Assembly: GCA_965113315.1 (NCBI GenBank)
Contig: OZ220363.1
Origin: Podarcis vaucheri
Lineage: Eukaryota
Strand: one strand, 5' to 3'
DNA: 64,000 nt
A program made the translations under genes and the position numbers. Below, one piece after another: positions 46,685 to 58,222 of the stretch (positions are counted from its first letter, which is position 1; every line of letters begins with the position of its first letter). The notes under the pieces were generated by a model. It was not told the DNA's origin. It made no database searches and was given only the letters and a program-made list of their open reading frames with translations.

Positions 46685-47741
46685 GTCAGTTGACAGCCTC
46701 TATGGTATTTATTTTTCTTCTTAAGCTCATAAGCTTTTGGTGTTTTCTGATTGTCTAATTGCGCTATAATACTCATTAATTGCAATTACTTTTCTACATT
46801 GGGTGATAAAATCCAGTCCCACCTTATTTATTCATAGGACTTGCAGGAGTTAAAGTGTAAGATTAGGAAAATAGTAGGCAATTCTTCTGAAGCTGTTCAT
46901 TACTTGACATTTCTCTTATTAAAAAATGTTCTGCTGTTTACTAAACTCTTTAATAATGCCACTTTATGCATGCTTGAAGAGGCAAAAATAGTTTGAAAAA
47001 GACATCTTCCAGATGTTTTTCTGTAAATGCTAAGCCTTCTGAAAAAGTTATCTTATCTTTTCATCACTTTTTAATATAAATAATTAGTTCTCATACTTAC
47101 TGTTAACAGTGCACAAAAATTTCATCCATTAAAAAAATGTTTTGCAAATAAATCCATTAAGGACTGCTTCAAAAGTTAGAAAGTGTTTAATGCTTCCCAA
47201 GACTTGAAGATATAGCTACATTTGTGAGAGTCTGATCAGATAAGCAATATATTGAGTGCCTGCTTTTCTTACATGGAACTGCTATCCATGTAAGGACTCT
47301 TTGAAATGTTTTTTCCCCTTAACAAAATCACATTAAAGGTATCAAAGGTGAAGGATTGCAACCAATTGTGTAATATATTGTTCCAACCTTTCTGGCTTGT
47401 ACATCTTTGGTAGCTTGGTGTGAAATCATCAAATTTTGGGCTGTTAACATAAAAGGCGATAATGCATATTTTGCAGCTAATTCAATGCTTTCATATTCCT
47501 TTCTCTTTGCGAAATAACAGCTTTATGTGCTACCTTAATGTATGCATACTTCACACCTCCGTTCTTTTTGTACTACTTCTACCATGTAAATACTGTACTG
47601 GGAAAATGGAATGGATTCATCAGCATCCGCTGCATAATCTTATTCAAACCCAGATCTGTATCTTGTTATGGAAGAGAAATTATTACTTAACATCTTTTCT
47701 TCTCTTGCTTCATTCTTTTGTCCCTTCGAATGGCATTGCAG

Positions 47742-48029
47742 AGCCCAAAAAACCACCAGTATTTGATCAACCTCTTAAACCGGCAACAATAGAAGAAGGT
47801 AAAATCTTGCAGCTCAATTGCCATGTCAAGGGATCGCAGCCCATCAGAATCCAGTGGCTAAAAGCTGGGAAAGAGCTAAGATCATCTGATAAATGCAGCT
47901 TGAGCTTTGCTAATGGATCCGCTGTTTTGGAAGTCCAGGCAGTTACCAAGACTGATTCTGGCGAGTATATATGCAAAGCTTCGAATGCAGCTGGAACTGA
48001 CTCTTGCAAGTCAAAAGTGACAATTAAAG
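47742..48029 (+). CDS. TTN: Titin Ig exon (I79)
   Basis: AG/GT, 288 nt. Confidence 0.93.
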
Positions 48030-48097
48030 GTACAGTGAAACTGAATGCTTAGGTGATGAAACAGTAACTCAAAATTCCGGTACCAGTCTATTCAGTA

Positions 48098-48328
48098 TAG
48101 TGGTACCTCAGGTTAAGTACTTAATTCGTTCCGGAGGTCCGTACTTAACCTAAAACTGTTCTTAACCTGAAGCACCACTTTAGCTAATGGGGCCTCCTGC
48201 TGCCACTGCACGATTTCTGTTCTCATCCTGAAGCAAAGTTCTTAACCTGAGGTACTATTTCTGGGTTAGCGGAGTCTGTAACCTGAAACGTATGTAACCT
48301 GAAGCATATGTAACTCGAGGTACCACTG
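48098..48328. mobile_element. Tc1/mariner (Tigger/pogo-like) MITE
   Basis: TIR tagtggtacctc / gaggtaccactg, TA on both sides, repeated taacctga subterminal motifs. Confidence 0.85.
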
Positions 48329-48704
48329 TATCTCCCTGTTACAGTAAACAGGAGCAGCTTCACCTATAAATTAGCAGGTCAAAACTGCTTATTTTTGCTG
48401 GGCAGGTGACTGCATATCACACTACGGCTTGCATATTCACATGCATTATTTCATAGTATTGCCACCCAAAATGCATTTGCTTCAATACCCTGAGCTAGTT
48501 GTTCCTTGGTATCCTGTGTTTTATACATGACTTGTGCGGGGGTATAAAATTAAATCAAACAAAAGGACCCCAATACATAAGCTGGGTAGTATTTTGTGCA
48601 TTTAGTCAATGGTCTCATCTATGGCATGGGTTGTTGTTGTTGTTTGGTTTTAGTGTAGTCCCTTTCTGCTCCACCACTTAATTCCCTAAATATTCTTTTT
48701 TCAG

Positions 48705-48800
48705 AAAAAGCAGCAGCTGCACCACCAGCAGCTAAGAAAGCACCAACTGATGGCAAGCTTTACTTCGTCTCGGAGCCTCAAAGCATCACTGTCATCGAAA
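48705..48800 (+). CDS. TTN: Titin N2A: linker and start of I80 (exon 102 eq.)
   Basis: 96 nt, EKAAAAPPAAKKAPTDGKLYFVSEPQSITVIE, AG/GT. Confidence 0.9.
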
Positions 48801-48930
48801 GTAAGCCAAGCTTTTTTAAAAATAGCCATCTTTCATAATACTTGAATTTGGCATATGTTGACTGCTGTTTCCCCCTGGCCAGGGACAGATATTTTCTTTA
48901 CCACATTTCGTTTCTTTTCTTCTTCATCAG

Positions 48931-49213
48931 AGAGCGTTGCAACATTTATTGCCAAAGTAGGTGGTGATCCCATCCCCAATGTTAAATGGATGAAGGGAAA
49001 ATGGAGGCAGCTCAACCAAGGAGGTCGCATCAGCATCCAGCAAAGAGGAGATGAAGCCAAGCTGGAAATAAAGGATACAACAAAAACTGATTCTGGGCAT
49101 TACAGATGTGTGGCTTTCAATCAACACGGTGAAATTGACAGCAACGTCAACCTACAGGTTGAGGAGAAGAAACAAGAAGTGATAGAAGGTGATCTTAGAG
49201 CAAAACTAAAGAA
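48931..49213 (+). CDS. TTN: Titin N2A: I80 remainder and start of UN2A
   Basis: ATFIAKVGGDPIPNVKW..GKWRQLNQGG; phase 1-2. Confidence 0.93.
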
Positions 49214-49899
49214 GTAAGTACCAGAATTGCTCTAAGTTTTAATCTGAAGGTGAGGCAGGATCTGAACCACAAATATAACTCAGGCTGCAACCCTAAACAC
49301 TCTTAATAGCAGTCGTGTTCCACTGGACTTAGCAGGACTTATTTCGGACTAAACATGCCTCTTGAAGTCTATCGGACTATACCTGATCATGACACTCAAA
49401 CTTCAGTCTGGTAAACATGTAGTAGATGTTATGCAGCCTTTTGCAGCCTTTTCAGCACTAGGGGCTAACAGAATGTTGTATTAATTAAAGTCTGAAACCA
49501 CAATTTGATCCACTCTCTAATGCTGAGGACAACAGCCATGAGTTTTAGAAAATCAAACATTATGGTTTAGGCTGTGCTTAATCATGACTAACAAGTCCCA
49601 CTGATTTCAGAGAGTCTACTCTAAGCATGATTCAATCCATATCCAATTGTACATGAATGAGATATCCCACAACGTGACAGCAGACCTACAGGGATATATC
49701 AGACATGCTGTTTTAAGGGCATGAATGAAAAGTTCTTTTTCCTGGTCAGAAAAACCATTAAGAGAAACTTGTCAAGAAGTAATTTATGATTCTCCATGGC
49801 ATGTTACATAAAGGAATGTAAATTATCTGAAAAGTTAACTAAGTGCAAACCTATGCATTGTGCAGACAGAGGTAAGCTTGGCTGAGTTAAAAAAGGATT

Positions 49900-50222
49900 C
49901 TAGATTCAGGTAGGTAGCTGTGTTGGTCTGATGCAGTCAAAATAAATTAAAAAATTAAAACATTGTCCAGTAGCACCTTAGAGACCAACTAAGTTTGTTC
50001 TGGGTATAAGCTTTCTTGTGCATGCACACTTCTTGAGATACACTGAAACAGAAGTCAGCAGACCCTAATATATAGTGGGAGGGTGCGGTGGGGATTTTCT
50101 CAGAAGGGTAGTAGGAGATGGGTGATTGACTCAATGGGTATGGTAAACCTGTTAACGACTGCAGTTAGTCTTACAGGAAAAAGCAAGGGATAGTCTGCAG
50201 ATGACCAAAAATAGCTTTAGCA
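49900..50222 (-). mobile_element. Penelope-like element fragment (pseudo-LTR) carrying a decayed hammerhead motif
   Basis: gtagcaccttagagaccaact..gtataagctttc..gtgcatgcacacttctt is the characteristic reptile PLE terminal sequence. Confidence 0.7.
50004..50041 (-). ncRNA. Degenerate minimal type I hammerhead ribozyme (probably inactive)
   Basis: Minus strand GUAU-CUCAAGA-AGUGUGCAUGCACAA-GAAA-GC-UUA-UAC; CUGAAGA core mutated to CUCAAGA. Confidence 0.55.
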
Positions 50223-50304
50223 ATTTAGCAATTCAGAACATTGAACCATTCAACACAGAGAGCATCTTTTATGAACAACACCAAAAATTCTGCCATTTCT
50301 ATAG

Positions 50305-50488
50305 GACCCCAACTAAAAGGAAGGAAGATGAGGAAGAAAAGGCCATTGATATAATGGAACTTCTGAAAAATGTAGATCCTAAAGAATATGAAAAATATGC
50401 ACGTATGTATGGAATTACTGATTTCCGAGGTCTCCTCCAAGCCTTTGAGCTGCTGAAACAAAGCCAGGAAGAAGAAACTCATAGACTG
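50305..50488 (+). CDS. TTN: Titin N2A unique sequence (UN2A) exon
   Basis: [38 protein letters not shown]; phase 2-0. Confidence 0.96.
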
Positions 50489-50999
50489 GTAAATACCAGC
50501 ATATACATTTGCTTCAGAGTAATTTTTTGAAATGTGTTGTGCTATTATTGCTTAAATAAGTGTGTTCAATATTCCAGATATGCAGTTAACCAATTACAGA
50601 GATTTATATTTTATTTTGGAACTTAGCTGTTGCTTCTGATGTCATGAAGGTTCACATTTGGGGATCGTTTATTCATGGCATCTTCACAGCAAACCCTACT
50701 CAGTGTTGTTCTCCAAAAGATGTCAATCATACCTCATCACATGAGGTGTATAGACTAAGAGGCATTGTTTAGGGACAGTAGAGAAGAAAAGAGGTGCTTC
50801 TGATAGTTTTTACTGGGTTCTCTTTGGGTAACCTTAAGCATTTTGGAAGGATTGGAGTTGAGCTGACCTGCATGTAAAGGAAGTTAGATCTGCAATGAAT
50901 ATACAGAACTGCTTCATTTTCGTAAAGTTTTGGCAAAAGGGAATAGCTAAAAGCATGAAGGTTTTCTACCATTTTAAACCATGGTTTTTGCTCCAACAG

Positions 51000-51089
51000 G
51001 AGATTGAAGTAACACAGAGATCTAGAAGGGAAGAACAAGAGTTTGATGAACTGGTATCATTTATTCAGCAAAGACTTACACAGACAGAG
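51000..51089 (+). CDS. TTN: Titin UN2A C-terminal exon
   Basis: EIEVTQRSRREEQEFDELVSFIQQRLTQTE, 90 nt, phase 0-0. Confidence 0.93.
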
Positions 51090-51200
51090 GTAGTTATTGC
51101 CATATATTACACCATTTAATTATGTGTGCTGACAACTGTAGCTAATACATAGCATAGGCTGTGCTCTGAAACAGTCAAACATATGAAAAATGTTTTTCAG

Positions 51201-51468
51201 CCCGTCACTCTGATCAGAGATATTGAAGATCTGACTGTAGTAACAGATGAAGATGCCGTGTTTGAGTGTGAGATTAAAATTAACTATCCAGAAATCAAAC
51301 TTTCCTGGTACAAAGGCACGGAAAAACTGGACTCTAACAACAAGTATGAAATAAGAATTGAAGGTGACCGACACATACTTAAAATCAGGAATTGTCAACT
51401 TGGAGATCAAGGAAATTACAGAGTGGTCTGTGGGCCACATATTGCCAGTGCTAAGCTTACTGTGATTG
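51201..51468 (+). CDS. TTN: Titin I81 exon
   Basis: PVTLIRDIE..CGPHIASAKLTVI, phase 0-1. Confidence 0.94.
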
Positions 51469-51554
51469 GTAAGTGCAACATTTCTGTTTAACACAAACTT
51501 AAGCTTTGATTTTACTTGGCATTTTCTAAAATATGTACTTGAACTTGCTAACAG

Positions 51555-51815
51555 AACCAGCAATTGAACGGCATCTGCGTGACACTTCACTCAAGGAAGG
51601 CTTTACGTGCTCTTTCGTCTGCCAGTTTTCTGTTCCAAATGCAAAATCCCAGTGGTTCAGAAATGGAAAGGCTCTTAAGATAGGAGGTAGATATTCAGCT
51701 GAAGTCTCAGAGAAGATGCACAGGCTCATTATTAAGGATGTGCGAACAGAAGACCAGGGGCGCTATACCTGCAGGTTTGACCATCTAGAAACAACTGCTG
51801 ACCTAACCATTGAAG
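51555..51815 (+). CDS. TTN: Titin I82 exon
   Basis: 261 nt, AG/GT. Confidence 0.93.
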
Positions 51816-52319
51816 GTTTGTATATGCACATCTTTATGTAAGCATAAGCAAGTTTGGGGGTAATCTTGACAAATAAGACAGAAAAGACAATGCTGGGAAA
51901 TCCTCTGTTTGAAGAAAATTCGGCTATACTTCTTCCCTCACCGCCCAAGATATCAGTCATGCTGTTATTGTACACATTCTTATCTCAGCTTATTTCTCTT
52001 TGAACATTCTTATAGCTTGACTTTACAATGGGAGGGGTTTTTCCACCCCATTTCATCTTTTGGCACTTTTATGCTGAGGTTTTTACGATGATCGCAGCCC
52101 TTTCCATTGTTACCTGGCTTCTATTGCTTCTGACACAGCGCTGTGCCAACTATCTTAAGTTTCGGATCTACTTCCAGTATACGAACTTGCTGTCATGGAA
52201 TGCCGAATGCTCAGTTCTTTGTATAACTTTCTTTGTTTTTTGGTGGAGTCGTGTATGTAGGCAAAGCTTCATGTAAAGGAATAATGGTTACATTTTCAAA
52301 AAATTGTTTCCAAAAACAG

Positions 52320-52529
52320 CTGAACCCATCCAGTTTACAAAGACCATTCAGAACATAGTGGTGAGCGAATACCAATCTGCAACCTTTGAGTGCGAGGTAT
52401 CCTTTGATGATGCAGTCGTCACATGGTATAAAGGCAAAGTTGAACTCAGGGAGAGTCAAAAGTACAGTTTCAGAAGTGAAGGCCGTTGCCATTATATGAC
52501 TATCCACAACGTTACTGCAGATGATGAAG
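52320..52529 (+). CDS. TTN: Titin I83 exon, part 1
   Basis: AEPIQFTKTIQNIVVSE..TADDE, 210 nt. Confidence 0.93.
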
Positions 52530-52642
52530 GTAATGTTACACTATTTGCTTCCTTCCCTTGCTGTCGCCCCCCGTCCCCGTCCCCCCGTCCCCCGTTGCTG
52601 ACAAAAATGATGTCACATAACAAATTGCCTTTGTGATTTCAG

Positions 52643-52720
52643 GGGTGTATTCTGTAATTGCTCGTCTGGAGCCAAGAGGTGAAGCAAGAAGCACTGCTGA
52701 ACTTTATCTGACTACTAAAG
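52643..52720 (+). CDS. TTN: Titin I83 exon, part 2
   Basis: GVYSVIARLEPRGEARSTAELYLTTK, 78 nt. Confidence 0.93.
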
Positions 52721-52840
52721 GTTAGTAAATGCTTTCTTCAACTTAAAAAACAACAACACAGGACGTAAGATGGAAGGGTGGAAATGATGTCCGCGAAGTG
52801 GAAATAATTTCAAATGCAAATCTACTTTCTTCTCTTGCAG

Positions 52841-52867
52841 AAATTAAACTGGAAGTGAAGCCCCCAG
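52841..52867 (+). CDS. TTN: Titin 27-nt microexon (EIKLEVKPP)
   Basis: Strong pyrimidine tract plus CAG, donor GTAAAG, phase 1-1. Confidence 0.88.
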
Positions 52868-53942
52868 GTAAAGAAAAAAAGCATGGATGTATTTGTCTTA
52901 AGTTTTATTTTTGTATTTGAAACACCAGAGTGCCCACACATGATGAGGTTCTCTGCCTGTACTTTTCCCCTTCCACCTGAAGCCCCTACCCCTCTGGGTT
53001 GGATGCCAGTGTGGAGCCTCCCCAGACTTTCAGCAATGGCCTCTGGATGTTTCTAGATGGGGGTTGGGGCTAAAAATCCCCTGGTACTTGCACAAAAGCC
53101 TGCAGCCTTCATACTAAAGTTAGTTTCAGTGAGCATAGGCTATTTGTTCTTGTGTGTTCCAAGTAGGACAATTGAAGGGTTGGAGCCAAACTTAGTTGCT
53201 TGCAAATGAAAGCCACCCTTCTATCCTGAAAATACCTCATCCTTTCTTCCATTTTTGAAGGCCTCCTAACCCCCTGGAACAGATTTTAAGAGGGTGCAAG
53301 GGACTGCAGAGGGAAGGCGGAATGGGCAAAAGTCATCCTCTTTCCTTCCGCCGGAGTTCTGCTCCCACTAGCAGGATGCTCCTGTCAGTGGGTGAAACAT
53401 CTGGATCTAAGCCAAATGGAATATTTAGAATGGCTTTTTCATAAGGGCAAATGACTTAAGAGTCATCTTCTAACTGAACCAGGACAGTCCATTCCATTCC
53501 AGGACACGCTATTCTTTTCCTCCTGGTTTTTAATTTCTTCCCCCCTCCACAAAAGTCAGCAAGCGTGCTGTGGCCCCTTTTCATTCCTTATTGTGCTGTG
53601 CTTGGTTCACGTGCTTTGGAAATAAGTTTTTGCACTTCTGCAAACTTCATGACAGATGGGAACCTTTGGCCCTCCAGAAGTTGCTCAACAAGCATGGCCA
53701 GTGGGAGTTGTTGTTCAGCAATATAAGGAGGGCCAAAGTTTCCCCATACCTGCCTTAAGAGATTTCCAAAGCTTTGGGTACCTCCTGTGTGTGTGTGGGT
53801 GTGTGGGTGTGTGTGTGGGTGTGGGTGTGGTGTCACTTAAGCTGCATAAGGATCCACACTTCAAGAATGAGTTTCTTATTCGTATACGGGATGCAGCCAG
53901 ATTAATCTGATGGTCCCTTTCCTTGCACATTTGGTTCTCCAG

Positions 53943-53990
53943 ATATCCCAGATGCTAGAGTTGCAGTTCCTGTTGAAGTTCCAGCTGAAG
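53943..53990 (+). CDS. TTN: Titin N2A-PEVK junction exon (DIPDARVAVPVEVPAE)
   Basis: 48 nt, AG/GTAAG. Confidence 0.88.
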
Positions 53991-54100
53991 GTAAGCCTTG
54001 TATACAAAAGATTCCGCTGTTAAGGGTGGGGGAGCAGGTGGTTTAGAATTTGTGTGCCATATGAATGTTCATTGATTGAGTTTTCCCTTGCGTTTATCAG

Positions 54101-54157
54101 AAACTCCTGCTCTTCCTCTCTTCCTTCTTATGCCAGAAGAGAAGAAAAAGGAAAAAG
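54101..54157 (+). CDS. TTN: Titin PEVK exon (ETPALPLFLLMPEEKKKEK)
   Basis: 57 nt, AG/GT. Confidence 0.82.
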
Positions 54158-54273
54158 GTATTACAGTTCTGTTGCATACATGCTCAGAAATGCAGATCTT
54201 TACATGCACTTTCACTTGCTGCTGGGTTCATTTTGGGTGGCTAATGGCTTTATCTATTTTGTACTTGTTTTAG

Positions 54274-54351
54274 TTGTTAAAAAGACAACCGTGCAGAAAG
54301 TCACCAAAAAGGTGGTTCCAAAAGCTCCAGAAGAAGTTGCCCCTCCTAAAG
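54274..54351 (+). CDS. TTN: Titin PEVK exon (VVKKTTVQKVTKKVVPKAPEEVAPPK)
   Basis: 78 nt, AG/GT. Confidence 0.88.
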
Positions 54352-54989
54352 GTACTATTATAGTAGAAGTGTTGATTCAAATACTATAAAATTGATTTAT
54401 AAGGGACATATGTTAACCAGTGTAGATTAAGGCATAATCACAGCAAAGGAAGGGGGGGAAACCATGTTACTCTCATTCTAAAAACTTTAGGAGTTTTCAC
54501 ATGTTACTACAAATGCATAAGTTCTATATCAGCAAGCATGTGTAGGCTCTGTTCATGCAATGGGATCCAGTACTATTTGGTTATTAAGACACAGCTCCAG
54601 CTTATGTCCCAGAGCAGCCATATGCATGTCTACTCAGATGACTTTTCAGCCAATTGGACTTACAGTCTACAATCTGCCCTCACTTATCTGGGAGTAAGAA
54701 TTCAATAGGGCTTATACTGGAGTGTACCTGGTTAGGACTGTATTGTAAGGGCAGGATTCCACTCATGAGTCCTGTCAGTGGAAGACCTGCATGGGGACTT
54801 CCACTTGCACAATGGGGCTTCCCCTCTCCCTGTGTGCCCCCCTTCCCCATGAAACTTGTTCGGGGGAGGGGGGAATCAAGACAACCCTCAGAACAGCACA
54901 CAGTGGGAAGAGAGGGTGGTCATTCTGTCTGGCAAGTCAAAATGTTTCCCCTGGTGGAACAGTTGTCCTAGCATGACATTGAATTCCTC

Positions 54990-55545
54990 CCTAGCTGTGG
55001 ATGGCTTTAAAAGAGTATTAGGCAAATTAATGGACTGCCAGTGGCTACTAGCCATGTGGAGAGCCAGTGTGGTGTAGTGGTTAAGAGCGGTAGTCTCGAA
55101 ATCTGGGGAACCGGGTTCGCGTCTCCGCTCCTCCACATGCAGCTGCTGGGTGACCTTGGGCTAGTCACACTTCTCTGAAGTCTCTCAGCCCCACTCACCT
55201 CACCGAGTGTTTGTTGTGGGAGAGGAAGGGAAAGGAGAATGTTAGCCGCTTTGAGACTCCTTAAAGGGAGTGAAAGGCGGGATATCAAATCCAAACTCCT
55301 CCTCCTCCTCCTCCTCTTCTTCTTCTTCTTCTTCTTCTTCTCTACTCCACTTCTACCACAGTTGGAGGAAGCAATTCTTCTGAAAACTAGTTGCTGGGAG
55401 CCACAAGAGAGGAGAATTGCTCTTGTGCTAATGTTCTGCTCCCTAGTTTCCCACAGGCATCTGGTTGGCCACTGTGAGAACAGGATTTTGGATTAGCTGG
55501 GCCATTGGTCTGATTCAGGAGGCTATTATTAGGTCTTGTGTGTGT
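54990..55545 (+). mobile_element. CR1 LINE 3' fragment interrupted by a Squam3-like SINE
   Basis: gatggctttaaaagag..ggccactgtgagaacagg..gggccattggtctgattcag CR1-type 3' end. Confidence 0.65.
55059..55341 (+). mobile_element. Squam3-like (MIR/Ther1-related CORE) SINE with (CTC/CTT)n tail
   Basis: tRNA head gccagtgtggtgtagtggttaagagc, core gctgggtgaccttgggctagtcac, L2-like end aaaggcgggatatcaaat, CTT microsatellite tail. Confidence 0.85.
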
Positions 55546-55975
55546 GTGTTGCGTGGCAAGTCCCCTCCCCCATGTGAAATGAAGACACAGGACACAGTAT
55601 TTAAGGTTAATGGGCATAAAAGGCCACAACTTTATTGATTACAGAATTGGAAGGTATTGGCCTTAGGCATTGGCTCCTATCGACTACCCGGCATGGAGAT
55701 CGGGAAGGGTTGTCCACAAGCCGTGGGAGTCCTGTTGAAGTACGCCAACTAGGATCCCAACGGGTGTCACCGCTCTGGGGCGTGCTGGAGGCCCTTACCT
55801 CCCTAGGTTTCGGACAAGGCAACGCCCCCCGGTGTCCTCTACCGGACTACCCTTTTCTTTTGGGGAAGGTGATGGCGTTTCCTTCCCCCTTTATTTGCAT
55901 AACAATTGACCCCTGCCAATGCCTAACCGCCACTCGAGCAAAGCTCGCCGCCAATACCTTCAAGCCTGTAACCAA
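55546..55975 (-). mobile_element. LTR-like insert flanked by a 98-bp direct repeat
   Basis: Starts TGTTGCG, minus-strand AATAAA (actttattg ~55629), CpG-rich; flanking repeats 55448-55545 and 55976-56073. Confidence 0.5.
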
Positions 55976-56333
55976 TTCCCACAGGCATCTGGTTGGCCAC
56001 TGTGAGAACAGGATTTTGGATTAGATGGGCCATTGGCCTGATTCAGGAGGCTATTATTAGGTCTTGTGTGTGTCTGTGATTGCAGCCTCAGTTGGGTTGT
56101 CGCTGCTGAATTTGACAGAAGACTCAATTAGCAGTATTTGTTCCCGAGATTTGTTTCTCTCCCCTTTGTCTTTAAATGTTAACGAGAATGCCGCGCGTCT
56201 TAACAATACAAACCGAAGATCTCAGTCCAGTTTCATCTGACTAATGTTAATGAGACCAGATGAAATTAAATCCAAAGGCTAGCTCATGGTGCTCAATCAA
56301 GCCGCTTAGCAGACATATCTGTAAATGTTTCAG

Positions 56334-56411
56334 AAGTGGCAAAGGAACCAGAACTCCCATCTTCGGCCCTAGTCCCAGTTCCAAAAGTACAGGAAATTAT
56401 TCCAACAGAAG
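56334..56411 (+). CDS. TTN: Titin PEVK exon (EVAKEPELPSSALVPVPKVQEIIPTE)
   Basis: 78 nt, tttcag / GTAAAG. Confidence 0.8.
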
Positions 56412-57627
56412 GTAAAGAATCAAATACTGAAATGCGCATACTAAGAAAATGATCTTTTATGGGGAGAATGGCACCCACTCCCCATCTTTTATTGCTTGGG
56501 CCATTTAAAATGTGGCGCTGTCATTCTTCATTTTCCCTTCAGTCATCCTAACATCATTATTCATGCAAAGGTCATCCCTTTACAGGATTTTCCAGATAAT
56601 ACTAATTTGAACTCTTTCTTCAACGTTTACTTCAGGAGCTTGCTGCAGATAAGCCGGGGGATTTAACTATCAGTTGACTAGAATACCCACTGAAATACTG
56701 ATAGTTTATTAAAAGGACTTTGAAAAGACAGTAGGTAGAATTAAAGCAGAATAGCTTTTGATCTAGTGGAGGTGTGTACTAGCACAAGAGATTAGGAGGC
56801 AGTTTTTTCATTAGTTTTTTTCCTTGCAGCCCCCTTTGCCACCTGCCACACTGTTCCAGAGTGAAACCTCTTGAACTGATTTTCTGGGGACACAAGGGGC
56901 TGCAGCAGAAAATGGAGGAGAGGGTTCAGCAAAAAAAATCTCCTCTCCTTCTCTTATATCAGTGGACACTTCCATGCAGAATTGTTTTTCATAGGGTTGG
57001 AGGAGACATTCAATTTTGTTTCCATTTTAATGACAGACTAACTAGTTCACACTTTTTGATCCAATAGCCAAACTGAAATGCAGCTCTCCTTTGAAATTCA
57101 CACTCCAACAAATTTTGTGATGTAGTTCTCCAAGCATAAATTTGTACACTAGGGGCAAGTGCGCATGAAAATCCATCAAATAGTCGAAACACTTCATTAT
57201 ATTAGGGGGAAATACTTGCAAAAATATGTATATTAGTCAAAACTGCATGGGGAAATGTTGGTGGATTTGCATGAGGAATTTTTAAAATAAATAAATAAAA
57301 TAAAGACAGAGAACTGAATTTAAGATTGGGGAAAACAAAAAGCTGAGAGAAACAGTCATTGACAGATTCATCTATCCCTAGATTTCACCCAGGAATTTCA
57401 AACTTTTCCACTGAGCAGAAAGCTTTCATTTAATTCATCTATCCATTCATAAGCTCTAATAAATCCATCTGCCTTAGGACAGCCATGCTGCTGTTGTTTT
57501 GAGAATGGCATGGCATTGAAACTACACGGCGAAAAACTTCATTTGTACAATTTCAAAGCACAATAACACATGTATGGAATGATTATTCTGAAAACTGCAA
57601 ATACCCATGTCAACCTTATTAGGCTTT

Positions 57628-57628
<1 letters not shown>

Positions 57629-57673
<45 letters not shown>
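57629..57673. repeat. (TAT)15 microsatellite abutting a splice acceptor
   Basis: Ends 5 nt before the acceptor AG at 57679-57680. Confidence 0.95.
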
Positions 57674-57674
<1 letters not shown>

Positions 57675-57680
57675 TATTAG

Positions 57681-57920
57681 CTCCTGCAAAGAAACCTCAG
57701 GAAGTCAAAGTAACCACTGTAGCTAAGAAGAAAGAAGCAGTTTATGAGAAGAAGGAAGAAGTATATGAGGTTCACAAAGAAGAATATGAAGAATGGGAAG
57801 AGGATTATGGAGAGGAGCATGAATACTATGAACGAGAAGAAGGATACGATGAAGGAGAAGAGGAATGGGCATATGGAGAAAGACAAGTAACTTATGAGGA
57901 AAAGCAAATTCGCAAAGAAG
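57681..57920 (+). CDS. TTN: Titin E/Y-rich PEVK exon
   Basis: 240 nt, APAKKPQEVKV..EEYEEWEEDYGEEHEYYEREEGYDEGEEEW, donor GTATG. Confidence 0.9.
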
Positions 57921-58222
57921 GTATGTTTTGTTTTTTAAAACTTTCTCCTTTCTGTTTTCTCTGTTGAGGAATCTGTGGTTCTCGAGATGTTGGTGTATTC
58001 CATATCCTATCAGCCCCAGTCAGCATAGCCATTTGGCAAGGATGATATCTGGAGAGTCACAGCTTCCCCACCACTGCACTATATGATTAATTTCCAATAC
58101 CTCTCATTTCACTGTTCTTTGGAGGGGGAAGAGAGCTCAAATGTGGTTGGAAAAGCTGCTGTTCCTTTTTTTCTATCAAATTTTGCTATCTTGCAGCAAT
58201 ATACTTGCAGAAAATATTTCAA

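Noticed and set aside
14227-52636. Treating the + strand Ig ORFs as separate small genes
   Set aside because: Their starts and stops lie in introns; AG/GT boundaries join them in frame into one titin CDS
57626-57680. Poly-tyrosine N-terminus in ORF 57626..57967
   Set aside because: It is a translation of the intronic (TAT)n microsatellite; the exon starts at 57681
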